IMG/VR virus record: IMGVR_UViG_3300020578_000012
Direction: 5' to 3' (one strand)
DNA: 64,000 bases
Source: an uncultured virus (IMG/VR IMGVR_UViG_3300020578_000012)
Lineage: Duplodnaviria; Heunggongvirae; Uroviricota; Caudoviricetes
Position 1 is the first letter of the stretch. Each line of letters starts with the position of its first letter. The notes under the pieces were generated by a model. The model made no database searches. It was not told the origin of the DNA and saw nothing but the letters and a program-made list of their open reading frames with translations. Position numbers and translations under genes: made by a program. Below are positions 1 to 8,143 of the stretch, in pieces.

Positions 1-131
1 CATACTGCGAGCGTAACAATCTTGAGATTGAGGTTGCCGCGACGCTTATCAATGAAGCCCTCAAAAGTATAATTGAAGGTGAGGCAATGGAATTGCGTTT
101 TCTCCCACGAGGTAGTAGATTGCCTTTATGA
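1..131 (+). CDS. gp33: Late-transcription coactivator gp33, 3' part (truncated by window start)
   Basis: Manual translation from nt 3: YCERNNLEIEVAATLINEALKSIIEGEAMELRFLPRGSRLPL*. Resembles the gp33 C-terminus; ATGA overlap with gp59; T4 order 33-59-32. Confidence 0.8.
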   Translation, partial: YCERNNLEIEVAATLINEALKSIIEGEAMELRFLPRGSRLPL

Positions 132-718
132 ATGGATATGATCTGTACGGATTGTATCAAGCAATAAAACTGCACTTCACATCCGAGACATACAATTTTT
201 TTCAATACGACGGCAAGACAAGGATATCAGTCGATGCGTTTCAGAAACGTCGTGACAAGTTTTTGTTCCACCGTCTTGCGCGCAAGTATCGCGACGATGA
301 GATGATTCCATTTTTGGTTGCTAATTTTGTACACAGTGATGATAAATTCACCAAAACTCTTTTGGAAGAAGAATCAGAGGAAATCTTCAGAAACTGGAAA
401 AAAATAACTGATTCTATGAGTAAAGTTTACCAAGAAGACCTTATTCATATATGTCCAGATGCAACCCAATTTAACGATTTATTCAAGGTTATTGATGGGC
501 AATTCCCAAAACTTTTAAACCTTTATATGCAGAAAGAAGTTACCGTTGAAACAATGGTAATTTTAAATAACCTTTTTAATTATATTGCAATCTGGGATAA
601 AAAAATATCTGATGATATTATATACCCAAAAATATCTCGCAAGATTCGGAAGTATGGTGCCTTTCTTTCTGTTAACACAGAAAAATATAAGGAGTTGACG
701 AAAAATTTGTATAAATAG
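128..718 (+). CDS. gp59: Helicase loader gp59
   Basis: Y..Y.AIKLHF...Y.FF.Y.GK and F.KR.DK..F..LA motifs; lies between gp33 and gp32. Confidence 0.9.
   Translation: MNGYDLYGLYQAIKLHFTSETYNFFQYDGKTRISVDAFQKRRDKFLFHRLARKYRDDEMIPFLVANFVHSDDKFTKTLLEEESEEIFRNWKKITDSMSKVYQEDLIHICPDATQFNDLFKVIDGQFPKLLNLYMQKEVTVETMVILNNLFNYIAIWDKKISDDIIYPKISRKIRKYGAFLSVNTEKYKELTKNLYK
710..717 (+). promoter_or_regulatory. T4-type late promoter TATAAATA for the homing endonuclease
   Basis: Exact TATAAATA overlapping the gp59 stop; gp55 and gp33 are encoded in the window. Confidence 0.75.
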
Positions 719-778
719 AAGTGCAGGTCGCGATGCTGGAAACATCCACCTGCTCTAATGCTAAAGAGGAGCACCAGC

Positions 779-1324
779 ATGTCTATTTATTACATCTACG
801 CATACATTCGTTCATCGGATGGAACCCCATATTATATCGGCAAAGGATCGGGCAATCGTGCTTGGTCGAATCATGGTGTAAATTTACCAAAAGATTATTC
901 TAGAATAATAATTATGGAATCTGGTTTAACTGAACTCGGTGCATTTGCTTTAGAACGAAGATATATCAGATGGTATGGGCGCAAAAACAATGGAACTGGT
1001 ATTCTTCGAAATATGACTGATGGTGGCGAAGGAACTAGTGGATGCATATACACAGAAGAATCAAGAAACAAAATTGCTGCAGCAAATAGAAAGCGTAAAC
1101 AATCTGAAGAAACTCGTAAAAAAATCAGTGAAGCAAGAAAAAAACAATCAGCACCGTTCCAAGGAAAAACTCATTCTATCGATTCTAAGATTAAAATAGG
1201 TAATTCTTGCAGTCAGCGAATGAGGGGGAAGGAAAAAACCGAAGAACACAAACGCAAAATTGGTGAAGTCATGAAAATTGTTAGGAAACAAAAGGCTTTA
1301 CTTTTGAAACAGAATACTATATAA
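779..1324 (+). mobile_element. Free-standing GIY-YIG homing endonuclease with NUMOD3-like DNA-binding repeats (Seg-like)
   Basis: YIYAY...[16 protein letters not shown], and repeated S.E.R.KIS / H..E.K.KIG motifs. ATG 779 follows GAGGAG (766-771); the ORF track starts at 758. Confidence 0.88.
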
Positions 1325-1325
1325 T
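1297..1325 (+). promoter_or_regulatory. Sigma70-like early/middle promoter for gp32
   Basis: TTTACT (1297-1302), 17 nt spacer, TATAAT (1320-1325). Confidence 0.7.
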
Positions 1326-1411
1326 TATATTATGATGAGACAAGTGAAACATCATGCAAAAAGTGGACAAGTCGATATACAATTTATACAACGCAATACG
1401 GAGTAATACAT

Positions 1412-2305
1412 ATGACGCTATCTAGTCTAAAGAAGGGTTCATCCCTTGATAAGTTGAAGAAGGCAGTCGAAGCCTCTTCAGCAGGTGCTGGTGCCAAGAG
1501 TTCTGATGATCGTTTTTGGCAACCAGAAGTAGATTCTGCTGGCAACGGATACGCAGTTATCCGCTTCCTCGATACACCAGCAGTTGACGGTGAAGATGGT
1601 CTTCCTTGGGTACAAATCTGGAATCATGGTTTTCAAGGTCCAGGTGGTTGGTACATCGAGAACTCTCTCACCACTCTCGGCAAAACTGATCCTGTTTCTG
1701 AATACAACACTGTTCTTTGGAACAGCGGCATCGAAGCCAACAAGGAAATCGCACGTAAGCAAAAGCGTAGGCTGACTTACATTGCAAATATTCTTGTGGT
1801 CTCTGATCCGAAGCGTCCTCAGAATGAAGGTAAGGTTTTCCTTTACAAATTTGGCAAGAAGATTTTTGATAAGATCAAAGAAAAACTTGAGCCGCAGTTC
1901 GAGGATGAGAAGCCATTGAATCCTTTCGATTTTTGGAAGGGTGCAAACTTTAAGGTCAAGATTCGTAACGTCGAAGGCTATCGCAACTATGACAAGTCGG
2001 AGTTTGATACTGCCGCTGCATTGTTCGAAGGTGATGATGCGAAGATTGAAAAGGTTTGGAAGTCTGCATATTCACTCAAGGATTTTTTGAAGCCTGAAAA
2101 CTTCAAGTCCTATGATGAACTCAAGGCAAAGTTGAACAAGGTGCTAGGTGCTGGTGGTGTTGCTGGTGCAACAGCCAAGCAAGTTGAAGAAGAGGAAGCC
2201 GCTGCTCCTGTGATTCGCTCTGCTCCTGCCAAGAAAGTCACTGCTGAAGATGTCAGTGCTGACGATGATGACATGGCATTTTTTGAAAAACTTGCCGCTG
2301 AGTAA
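1412..2305 (+). CDS. gp32: Single-stranded DNA-binding protein gp32
   Basis: DDRFW.P..D.AGNGYAVIRFL, HGFQGPGGWYIENSLTT, F.FGKKIFDKI, NYDKSEF, acidic tail ending FFEKLAAE. Confidence 0.97.
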   Translation: MTLSSLKKGSSLDKLKKAVEASSAGAGAKSSDDRFWQPEVDSAGNGYAVIRFLDTPAVDGEDGLPWVQIWNHGFQGPGGWYIENSLTTLGKTDPVSEYNTVLWNSGIEANKEIARKQKRRLTYIANILVVSDPKRPQNEGKVFLYKFGKKIFDKIKEKLEPQFEDEKPLNPFDFWKGANFKVKIRNVEGYRNYDKSEFDTAAALFEGDDAKIEKVWKSAYSLKDFLKPENFKSYDELKAKLNKVLGAGGVAGATAKQVEEEEAAAPVIRSAPAKKVTAEDVSADDDDMAFFEKLAAE

Positions 2306-2333
2306 ATTCAGTTAGAAAACCGTAGATGTTTTC

Positions 2334-2360
2334 AGGCGCACTTCGGTGCGCCTTTTTTTT
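2334..2360 (+). terminator. Rho-independent terminator after gp32
   Basis: AGGCGCAC-TTCG-GTGCGCCT hairpin followed by a T run. Confidence 0.9.
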
Positions 2361-5300
2361 ACATCACACCAACAGAAGTAAATGCCGACGGGTGCGAGAA
2401 GTCGCGAGCAAGAGCACGATTGAACGAATTATCATTTGAGCGTGCAGATGCTTTCGGTAAATTTTGTTTCGGTGGCGTCGTTGGTTGCTGAGATCCGCCA
2501 CCAGAATTATTCACAACAACTGGTGCTGGTGCTGCTTGCATTGCTATTTGATTTGCTGCTTGTTGCGTAGACTGTTGTGTTGCTATAGCACCAAGAGTAT
2601 CTTGCGTTGGTGTAATTGTTGGACCGTATGATTGTTTTGCGGCGACCATCGGCTTTGAGTCAACTGCAGTTCCATCTGACATTGTTGCTAGTGGATCAGA
2701 AGATGCTACAGACGGAGTTGCTGCTGGTGCAGATGCACCTTTACTAGATGCATCAGCTGCTTGCATTGTCCCAGCTGGTGGTGCACTACCACCACCGCCG
2801 CCACCAACTTTAGCATCTTGACCCTGCGCAGCCAATGATGGTTCTGGCTCAGGACCACCAGCTGCAGCTGGTGTTGCTTCTGGACCTGCTTTCAATGCAT
2901 TTGGATCTTTCATATAAGATGCGAATAACGATTCTCTATGAGATAACCCAATAGATCCACCATTGATTGCTTTAGTTGCTTTAGCAGTGTCTTCACCAGG
3001 AATTCCTTTATCCATGACATTCTTTTTATAAAATGCAGCTGCGATATCTGCAGCTGTCCCTAAACTGCCAGCCATATCAGGATTGCTGACTAGATCAACT
3101 CCAGCAAGCTGACCGAATCGCTTGTAGTTGTCTTTGCCTGTTAATTGAATTAATCCGCGACCACGATATTTGTATCCATCACCCGACTCTGGTGGTCCAT
3201 TACCCATACGATTTGCGTAAACTCTATTAGCAATAGCAATAGGCGAATATTCTTCAAGTGCAGCGATTGCGGGATCTTTATAATACTTTGGAAATATCTC
3301 CATCAATCGTTTTGCAGAATAACGAAGATTTTCTTCTACAGTTTTAAATCCACCAGACTCATGATCGAGCTGTGCCATAAATTGCGCTAAATGTGGACCA
3401 GTAATTCCATATTTTGCTGCTGATGCAAGCGCAGCATTTTTAGCAGCGCCAGAATCAACTTTACCTCTTTTTGCAGCTGCAGGTCCTAAACGTCTAGTTG
3501 GTCCGCTACTCGTTGCGACTGGTGATGCTGATGGCGCTGATGTTGCTGCTCCACCACCTGCTGCCATTGCTGGTTCTTTTGCTGCTTGAATTGCTGCAGC
3601 AGGTCCCGTCGGTGGCGGTGGCGCTGCAGCACCACCTGATGATGCAGTAGCAGTCATTCCCGCAGCTGTTCCAGCAGCACCTGCAGTAGCAGCACCTGCT
3701 ACAGTTTGCGGTTGTCCAGATAACATATTTCTCAGACCTTCGCTGCCAGCACCACTCATTGTTGCGCTTATACGTTCGGTCTCAACACCACCACCGCCAC
3801 CAACAGGAGCGGTAGGCTTAGATTTTTTCCAATTAGATGGCGGATTACTGAGAATCTCATTTACTTGATTACGATATTCTTCTGGAACTTGCTGTATAGT
3901 TTGTTTACCAATAAACACACTGTATGCATAATCTTTAGCAAGTTTACTTGGAGTATTTGCTGCTAATTCTTTTTCGGCATCGCTCAATGCAGAAAATTCT
4001 TTCCATAATTGATAGATATCGTAAGCAGTGCTCAAGGCAAAACCAATTGATACTGCAGCTGCAACCCAACCAGCAATAGGAATAGTCGCTAAAGCACCTG
4101 CTGATGCCAAACGAGCTCCTATCTTTAACATTAATTTTGGTGCACGTTTTTCTAGAAACTTTACAAACAAACCCCATACTTTATTTGTTGCAGCTTTTGC
4201 TACTTTTTTAACAGGTGCAGCTTTTTTTGATGCTACTGCAGTAACTTTCTTTACTGGCGCAGTTTTTGCAATTTTTTCTGCCACCTTAACGCCAGTATAT
4301 GCTCCAATACCAGCTCCAGCAACACTAGCAACCTCAGCACCTGCTTGCATAGCAACATCTTTTTTCTGTAATCCGATTTGCGTTTTGAGCGCTTCAGTGT
4401 ATTCAGTGCCGCCAGCTTCTCGAGCAGCAATGGCTTCTTGTTTTAATGCTTCTGGGTCATAAGTATTAATATCCTTATCTCTAAATGCATCAACTGCCTT
4501 GTAAGCCAAGTAACCACCAGCTGCTGCACCCAATCCACCTGCTAGCAGCTTTCCTGCGCCAAATTCACCACTTTTGGCAAATCTTCCTTTCGCATCACGT
4601 GGTTGATCTACACCAAAACGACTTCTGTTTGCCGCTAATGTTCTTGCTAATTTTTTTGAAGATGTGTCTTTAGTTGTTGGACCTTTAGTTGTCAATTTTC
4701 TGGTCGGCGTCTTTGTTTTTGGTCCACGTCTCCCAAGAAGACCGCCGCCTAATCCAAGTAGATCGCCTAATCCAAATCCAAAACCACCGCCGCCTCCCTC
4801 AATTTGATCAAGCAATTCATCAAGTTTTTCATGAACTGTTTTTCCAGTATTATCTTCGCCAACTATTTCAACTATTTTTTCGCGTAAGAGTGTTAATGGA
4901 TCTTCATCTGCACCAATGGCTTTTGTCAAGCGATCGCTTCTTTCTTTTCTCTTTGTTGCTTCATCTTCTGATGCAAATCGACCAGTGCGAACATTACGAA
5001 TTCCACCCATTGCACCAATTCGCTCATCAAAATAGTAACCTTTCTTTAGAGAGATTTGTTCTGATTTGGGTGTTGAAATCTCAGAAGGTTGTATTGGCAT
5101 TCTTTTTCTGCCAACCAAATTGCTTATATCTTTAATTTGTTTAGTCTTTAACGAGCTCTTATCTTTCGATTTATTTTGAAATTTCTTTAAAAATTTTTCA
5201 GCAGACTCAACTTTTGAAGGATCTTCTTTAGCAAAAATATTCGCCAATGCCTGACCAACTTCATCGCTAAAAATACCCATCAACAAACCAGATTGTAGTC

Positions 5301-5481
5301 CTTTTGTCTTTTTTCTGGCTGTGTAAAATAGATCACGAACCTCAGCTTCGCGTTTTTTGGCTTCTTGTGGATCGGTAACACCTTTTGTTTCCGATTTAAT
5401 TGCCCTTTCTAATTCTGTTAGACCAACTTCAAGTTTCTTTTTTGCCTTAGAAACTCTTCCGCTGACTTTCATTGTTGCCAT
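2359..5481 (-). CDS. Tape-measure/baseplate-hub-like protein (gp29 position) with GH19 chitinase/muramidase domain
   Basis: 1040 aa, Ala/Gly/Lys-rich helical body with a hydrophobic segment. GH19 motifs AQFMAQLDHESGGF, YRGRGLIQLTG.DNY, TKAINGG. Lies downstream of the gp26/gp51-like genes. Confidence 0.75.
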   Translation of the reverse strand: MATMKVSGRVSKAKKKLEVGLTELERAIKSETKGVTDPQEAKKREAEVRDLFYTARKKTKGLQSGLLMGIFSDEVGQALANIFAKEDPSKVESAEKFLKKFQNKSKDKSSLKTKQIKDISNLVGRKRMPIQPSEISTPKSEQISLKKGYYFDERIGAMGGIRNVRTGRFASEDEATKRKERSDRLTKAIGADEDPLTLLREKIVEIVGEDNTGKTVHEKLDELLDQIEGGGGGFGFGLGDLLGLGGGLLGRRGPKTKTPTRKLTTKGPTTKDTSSKKLARTLAANRSRFGVDQPRDAKGRFAKSGEFGAGKLLAGGLGAAAGGYLAYKAVDAFRDKDINTYDPEALKQEAIAAREAGGTEYTEALKTQIGLQKKDVAMQAGAEVASVAGAGIGAYTGVKVAEKIAKTAPVKKVTAVASKKAAPVKKVAKAATNKVWGLFVKFLEKRAPKLMLKIGARLASAGALATIPIAGWVAAAVSIGFALSTAYDIYQLWKEFSALSDAEKELAANTPSKLAKDYAYSVFIGKQTIQQVPEEYRNQVNEILSNPPSNWKKSKPTAPVGGGGGVETERISATMSGAGSEGLRNMLSGQPQTVAGAATAGAAGTAAGMTATASSGGAAAPPPPTGPAAAIQAAKEPAMAAGGGAATSAPSASPVATSSGPTRRLGPAAAKRGKVDSGAAKNAALASAAKYGITGPHLAQFMAQLDHESGGFKTVEENLRYSAKRLMEIFPKYYKDPAIAALEEYSPIAIANRVYANRMGNGPPESGDGYKYRGRGLIQLTGKDNYKRFGQLAGVDLVSNPDMAGSLGTAADIAAAFYKKNVMDKGIPGEDTAKATKAINGGSIGLSHRESLFASYMKDPNALKAGPEATPAAAGGPEPEPSLAAQGQDAKVGGGGGGSAPPAGTMQAADASSKGASAPAATPSVASSDPLATMSDGTAVDSKPMVAAKQSYGPTITPTQDTLGAIATQQSTQQAANQIAMQAAPAPVVVNNSGGGSQQPTTPPKQNLPKASARSNDNSFNRALARDFSHPSAFTSVGVM

Positions 5482-5484
5482 TTA

Positions 5485-5679
5485 TTATGACCTTCTTCTC
5501 TGTAACATTGCCAGTTTCATCTGTTCATTTTGTTCTTTGATGAACGAAACTAACATAGAAACGTAAATCCGTTTTTCCCATGGTATTAAATTATCCAATT
5601 CAGTCAATGAATACTTGTGATGATGCATTAGCGTAAAATTTGTTTCAAAATAATTTTTCAAAGACTCATAACCAAACAT
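5485..5679 (-). CDS. Small baseplate-hub/tail assembly chaperone (gp51-like); possibly the -1 frameshift extension of the upstream ORF
   Basis: LMHHHKYSLTELDNLIPWEKRIYV motif typical of this position in environmental T4-like phages; TAATG overlap. Confidence 0.7.
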   Translation of the reverse strand: MFGYESLKNYFETNFTLMHHHKYSLTELDNLIPWEKRIYVSMLVSFIKEQNEQMKLAMLQRRRS

Positions 5680-6395
5680 TACTCGAAAAAATTTAGAATG
5701 CCCTCCACATTAACATGATGATTATAGCCACATTTTGCACATTGTATATCTTGGTCAAGCACAACAGTTGGTGTCGTCAAAAAGAATAATTTTACTTTTC
5801 GTATTTGATCTAAAGTTAAAGATTCAAAAAAGTCTCTTAATTCTTCTTTAGGCGTTTCATCTGCTTTATACAAATCATCGTCATCGTAAATATAATCAAC
5901 ATAATTTACAATTAATTCAAATCCACCATCATCAGTTTCATTTAAAACTTCTGGTGGTAACTGTAGAGTTGGATATTTAAATACAACACCAACTTTATCT
6001 GTTAGTCTTACATTTTTATCATGATCCTCTGGAATCTGATACTTAATGTTCTTTAAATGTAAATCAAATTCGGTAATATGTCCGCATGTATTTCCTTCGA
6101 CGACATTGTCGCAAGTAAAATTCATTTGCACATTTTCGCCGACTGAATTAATTCTTAAATTAATAAAAATCATTTCTATGTCGAATACTGGAAGAGATTC
6201 AACGTCAATCTCTTCCATACAGCAATTTTGAATAATCTGTTTCATAGTTTTGAACACATCATTCAAATCATCAGATTCTTTAGCCATTAGAAGAAGTTTT
6301 TCTTCTTTCACTAAGAATGGACGAAACTTTAATTTACGATCAATAGAATTTAATTGAACTTCAAACACAGGATGATCAAGTTTTGGCAAAGGCAT
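5679..6395 (-). CDS. gp26: Baseplate hub assembly protein (gp26-like)
   Basis: MPLPKL..P, FRPFLVKEEKLLLMA, FDIE.IFINLR..SVGE, C-terminal CxxC...EG..NFF. Confidence 0.85.
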   Translation of the reverse strand: MPLPKLDHPVFEVQLNSIDRKLKFRPFLVKEEKLLLMAKESDDLNDVFKTMKQIIQNCCMEEIDVESLPVFDIEMIFINLRINSVGENVQMNFTCDNVVEGNTCGHITEFDLHLKNIKYQIPEDHDKNVRLTDKVGVVFKYPTLQLPPEVLNETDDGGFELIVNYVDYIYDDDDLYKADETPKEELRDFFESLTLDQIRKVKLFFLTTPTVVLDQDIQCAKCGYNHHVNVEGILNFFE

Positions 6396-6414
6396 AATTT
6401 ACTCCATATTAAGA

Positions 6415-7140
6415 TTATCTTCCACCAGGTCTTAAACCTGCAGCAAATAGACCAAGCAATGGTGGTGATGTTATTGGTTTAATTCCAGATGTTCGACTAC
6501 CACTTCCAGGTTTAAATGAATTTCCACCAGCACCTTGTGGGTTTGTGGGTTGCGCTGGCGTAGCAGGTTTAGTTGGTGCTCCAGCGGCGGTTTGTTGATT
6601 CAATCCAAATTTTTCAGTATTATTTGTTGACCAATAGTCATACTTAAAGGTGACTGACAGTTTATGAATACCATCATCACCCCAATTTAGTGTGAGTGGA
6701 GATAATGTTATTGGAAATGCGTTCCACAAAGAAACAATGTATGATGGTTCACCAGTCTCATAAAACTGTGTGACATTAATTTTAGCAACATATTCGTTTT
6801 TATAACGCAATTCATATCTATTAATTGGTACTATTAGATTCATCCAGTAATCAAATAGTTTCTTTTCCCATAAATCGCCTGCACATATGAAGGTAAGCGT
6901 AACATCATTAAATGAGGCGAAAGAAGCTGCAGGTGCAGGAACACCATATATCTTAGCATCTACTGTGTTGATATTGTATCCTGGAAGTTCTGCAGCTTCA
7001 CATTGAAATCTCAGTTCTTTAAAATCAACATCACTTGCTACAAAACCAGATGGCTTCGAGATTTCAACATGAAATTTAGAAACCTTTGCAAAGTCTTTGT
7101 GTTTTGCAAAATTACTTAAAAAGTCATCTGGTTTAAACAT
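6415..7140 (-). CDS. Tail-tube-fold baseplate protein (gp54-like tube initiator)
   Basis: CEAAELPG, FDYWMNLI, AFP...PL.LNW, LSVTFKYDYW: gp19-fold motifs; low-complexity C-terminal tail. Confidence 0.75.
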   Translation of the reverse strand: MFKPDDFLSNFAKHKDFAKVSKFHVEISKPSGFVASDVDFKELRFQCEAAELPGYNINTVDAKIYGVPAPAASFASFNDVTLTFICAGDLWEKKLFDYWMNLIVPINRYELRYKNEYVAKINVTQFYETGEPSYIVSLWNAFPITLSPLTLNWGDDGIHKLSVTFKYDYWSTNNTEKFGLNQQTAAGAPTKPATPAQPTNPQGAGGNSFKPGSGSRTSGIKPITSPPLLGLFAAGLRPGGR

Positions 7141-7688
7141 TAGGTCTTATACACCATTTTTTGTACAGGTAGGAAGATTGCAGTCTCCCAGTTATCGGGT
7201 TCAATATAGATAATCGAAGACATAATATGAGAAAACAGATATCGCTTAACACAAGGTTCAATAAGTTTGTATCTTCGCGATTTAGATAATAAACTATAAG
7301 CCAAATTAAATCTTGTGGTATTGTTATATTTATCGTTGTTTATGAAATCATGTAGTCTGTCAAGCAGAGCCAAACGATTATATGGATCAAGATAGTGTAA
7401 ATTTAATCCTGAAAAACCATCTGAATAGATATCCATTGGTATAACTAACGGATACATATCCCAGACTGGCAAGGTATCCTTGTATTTCGGATCATATTTG
7501 TATATGAACATTCTTCCTATAAACACATTAGATGAAATACGATTTGGATCATTTAGAATATTACTACGATTTGTCGGAATGCGCGTTTTAGAAATTTTAT
7601 CTAACAACCAAGATCTGGCTGTATCTGTTCTTGGTCGAATGCCAGCGGCATTCATCTGTTTATTGAATTTATCAAATAGCGATGGCAT
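7140..7688 (-). CDS. gp2: DNA end protector protein gp2
   Basis: GRMFIYKYDPKYKDTLP.WD.YPLV, GLNLHYL, C.KRYL..H, WETAIFLP. Confidence 0.9.
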   Translation of the reverse strand: MPSLFDKFNKQMNAAGIRPRTDTARSWLLDKISKTRIPTNRSNILNDPNRISSNVFIGRMFIYKYDPKYKDTLPVWDMYPLVIPMDIYSDGFSGLNLHYLDPYNRLALLDRLHDFINNDKYNNTTRFNLAYSLLSKSRRYKLIEPCVKRYLFSHIMSSIIYIEPDNWETAIFLPVQKMVYKT

Positions 7689-8122
7689 TAGATTCCTAGT
7701 TCTTCCTCAGTTATAATCATAAACTTCCATCTACGATCTTTGCAATACTCATCAGCTGCCTTCCATTTTGCTTCGTTAATACCATATGTTGTAACTTCTC
7801 GAATATATCGTTTGGTAACTTTCTTTTGAATTTTGGGCGGAACAGACTGACTTTTAGGTTTTACTTCAAGAATCATAGACTCGGTTAATCCAGTTTTATT
7901 TCGTATTCTTACAAAAAAGTCTGGAAAGTAACGATGCCATTTTCCATCAACTGGGGATAAATATGGTATAACTATTTCCTCATTCGACCAACCAATTACA
8001 TTCGGATTGCCATCTAGGTGCACCATTACTCGGCGTTCCCATAACGATCTGTACCAGATGTTTGTTGGATCACCTAAATATTTATTGGTATTTTTAGGAC
8101 TAAATTTACCATTATAAGCCAT
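7688..8122 (-). CDS. gp4: Head completion nuclease gp4
   Basis: Y.GKF.P.N..KY.GD...I.YRS.WE, HRYFPDF, EVKP, NEAKW.AA. Confidence 0.92.
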   Translation of the reverse strand: MAYNGKFSPKNTNKYLGDPTNIWYRSLWERRVMVHLDGNPNVIGWSNEEIVIPYLSPVDGKWHRYFPDFFVRIRNKTGLTESMILEVKPKSQSVPPKIQKKVTKRYIREVTTYGINEAKWKAADEYCKDRRWKFMIITEEELGI

Positions 8123-8126
8123 CAGT

Positions 8127-8134
8127 TATTTATA
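8127..8134 (-). promoter_or_regulatory. Late promoter TATAAATA for the minus-strand block
   Basis: Plus-strand tatttata; lies 4 nt upstream of the gp4 ATG. Confidence 0.75.
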
Positions 8135-8143
8135 GGACCATTC

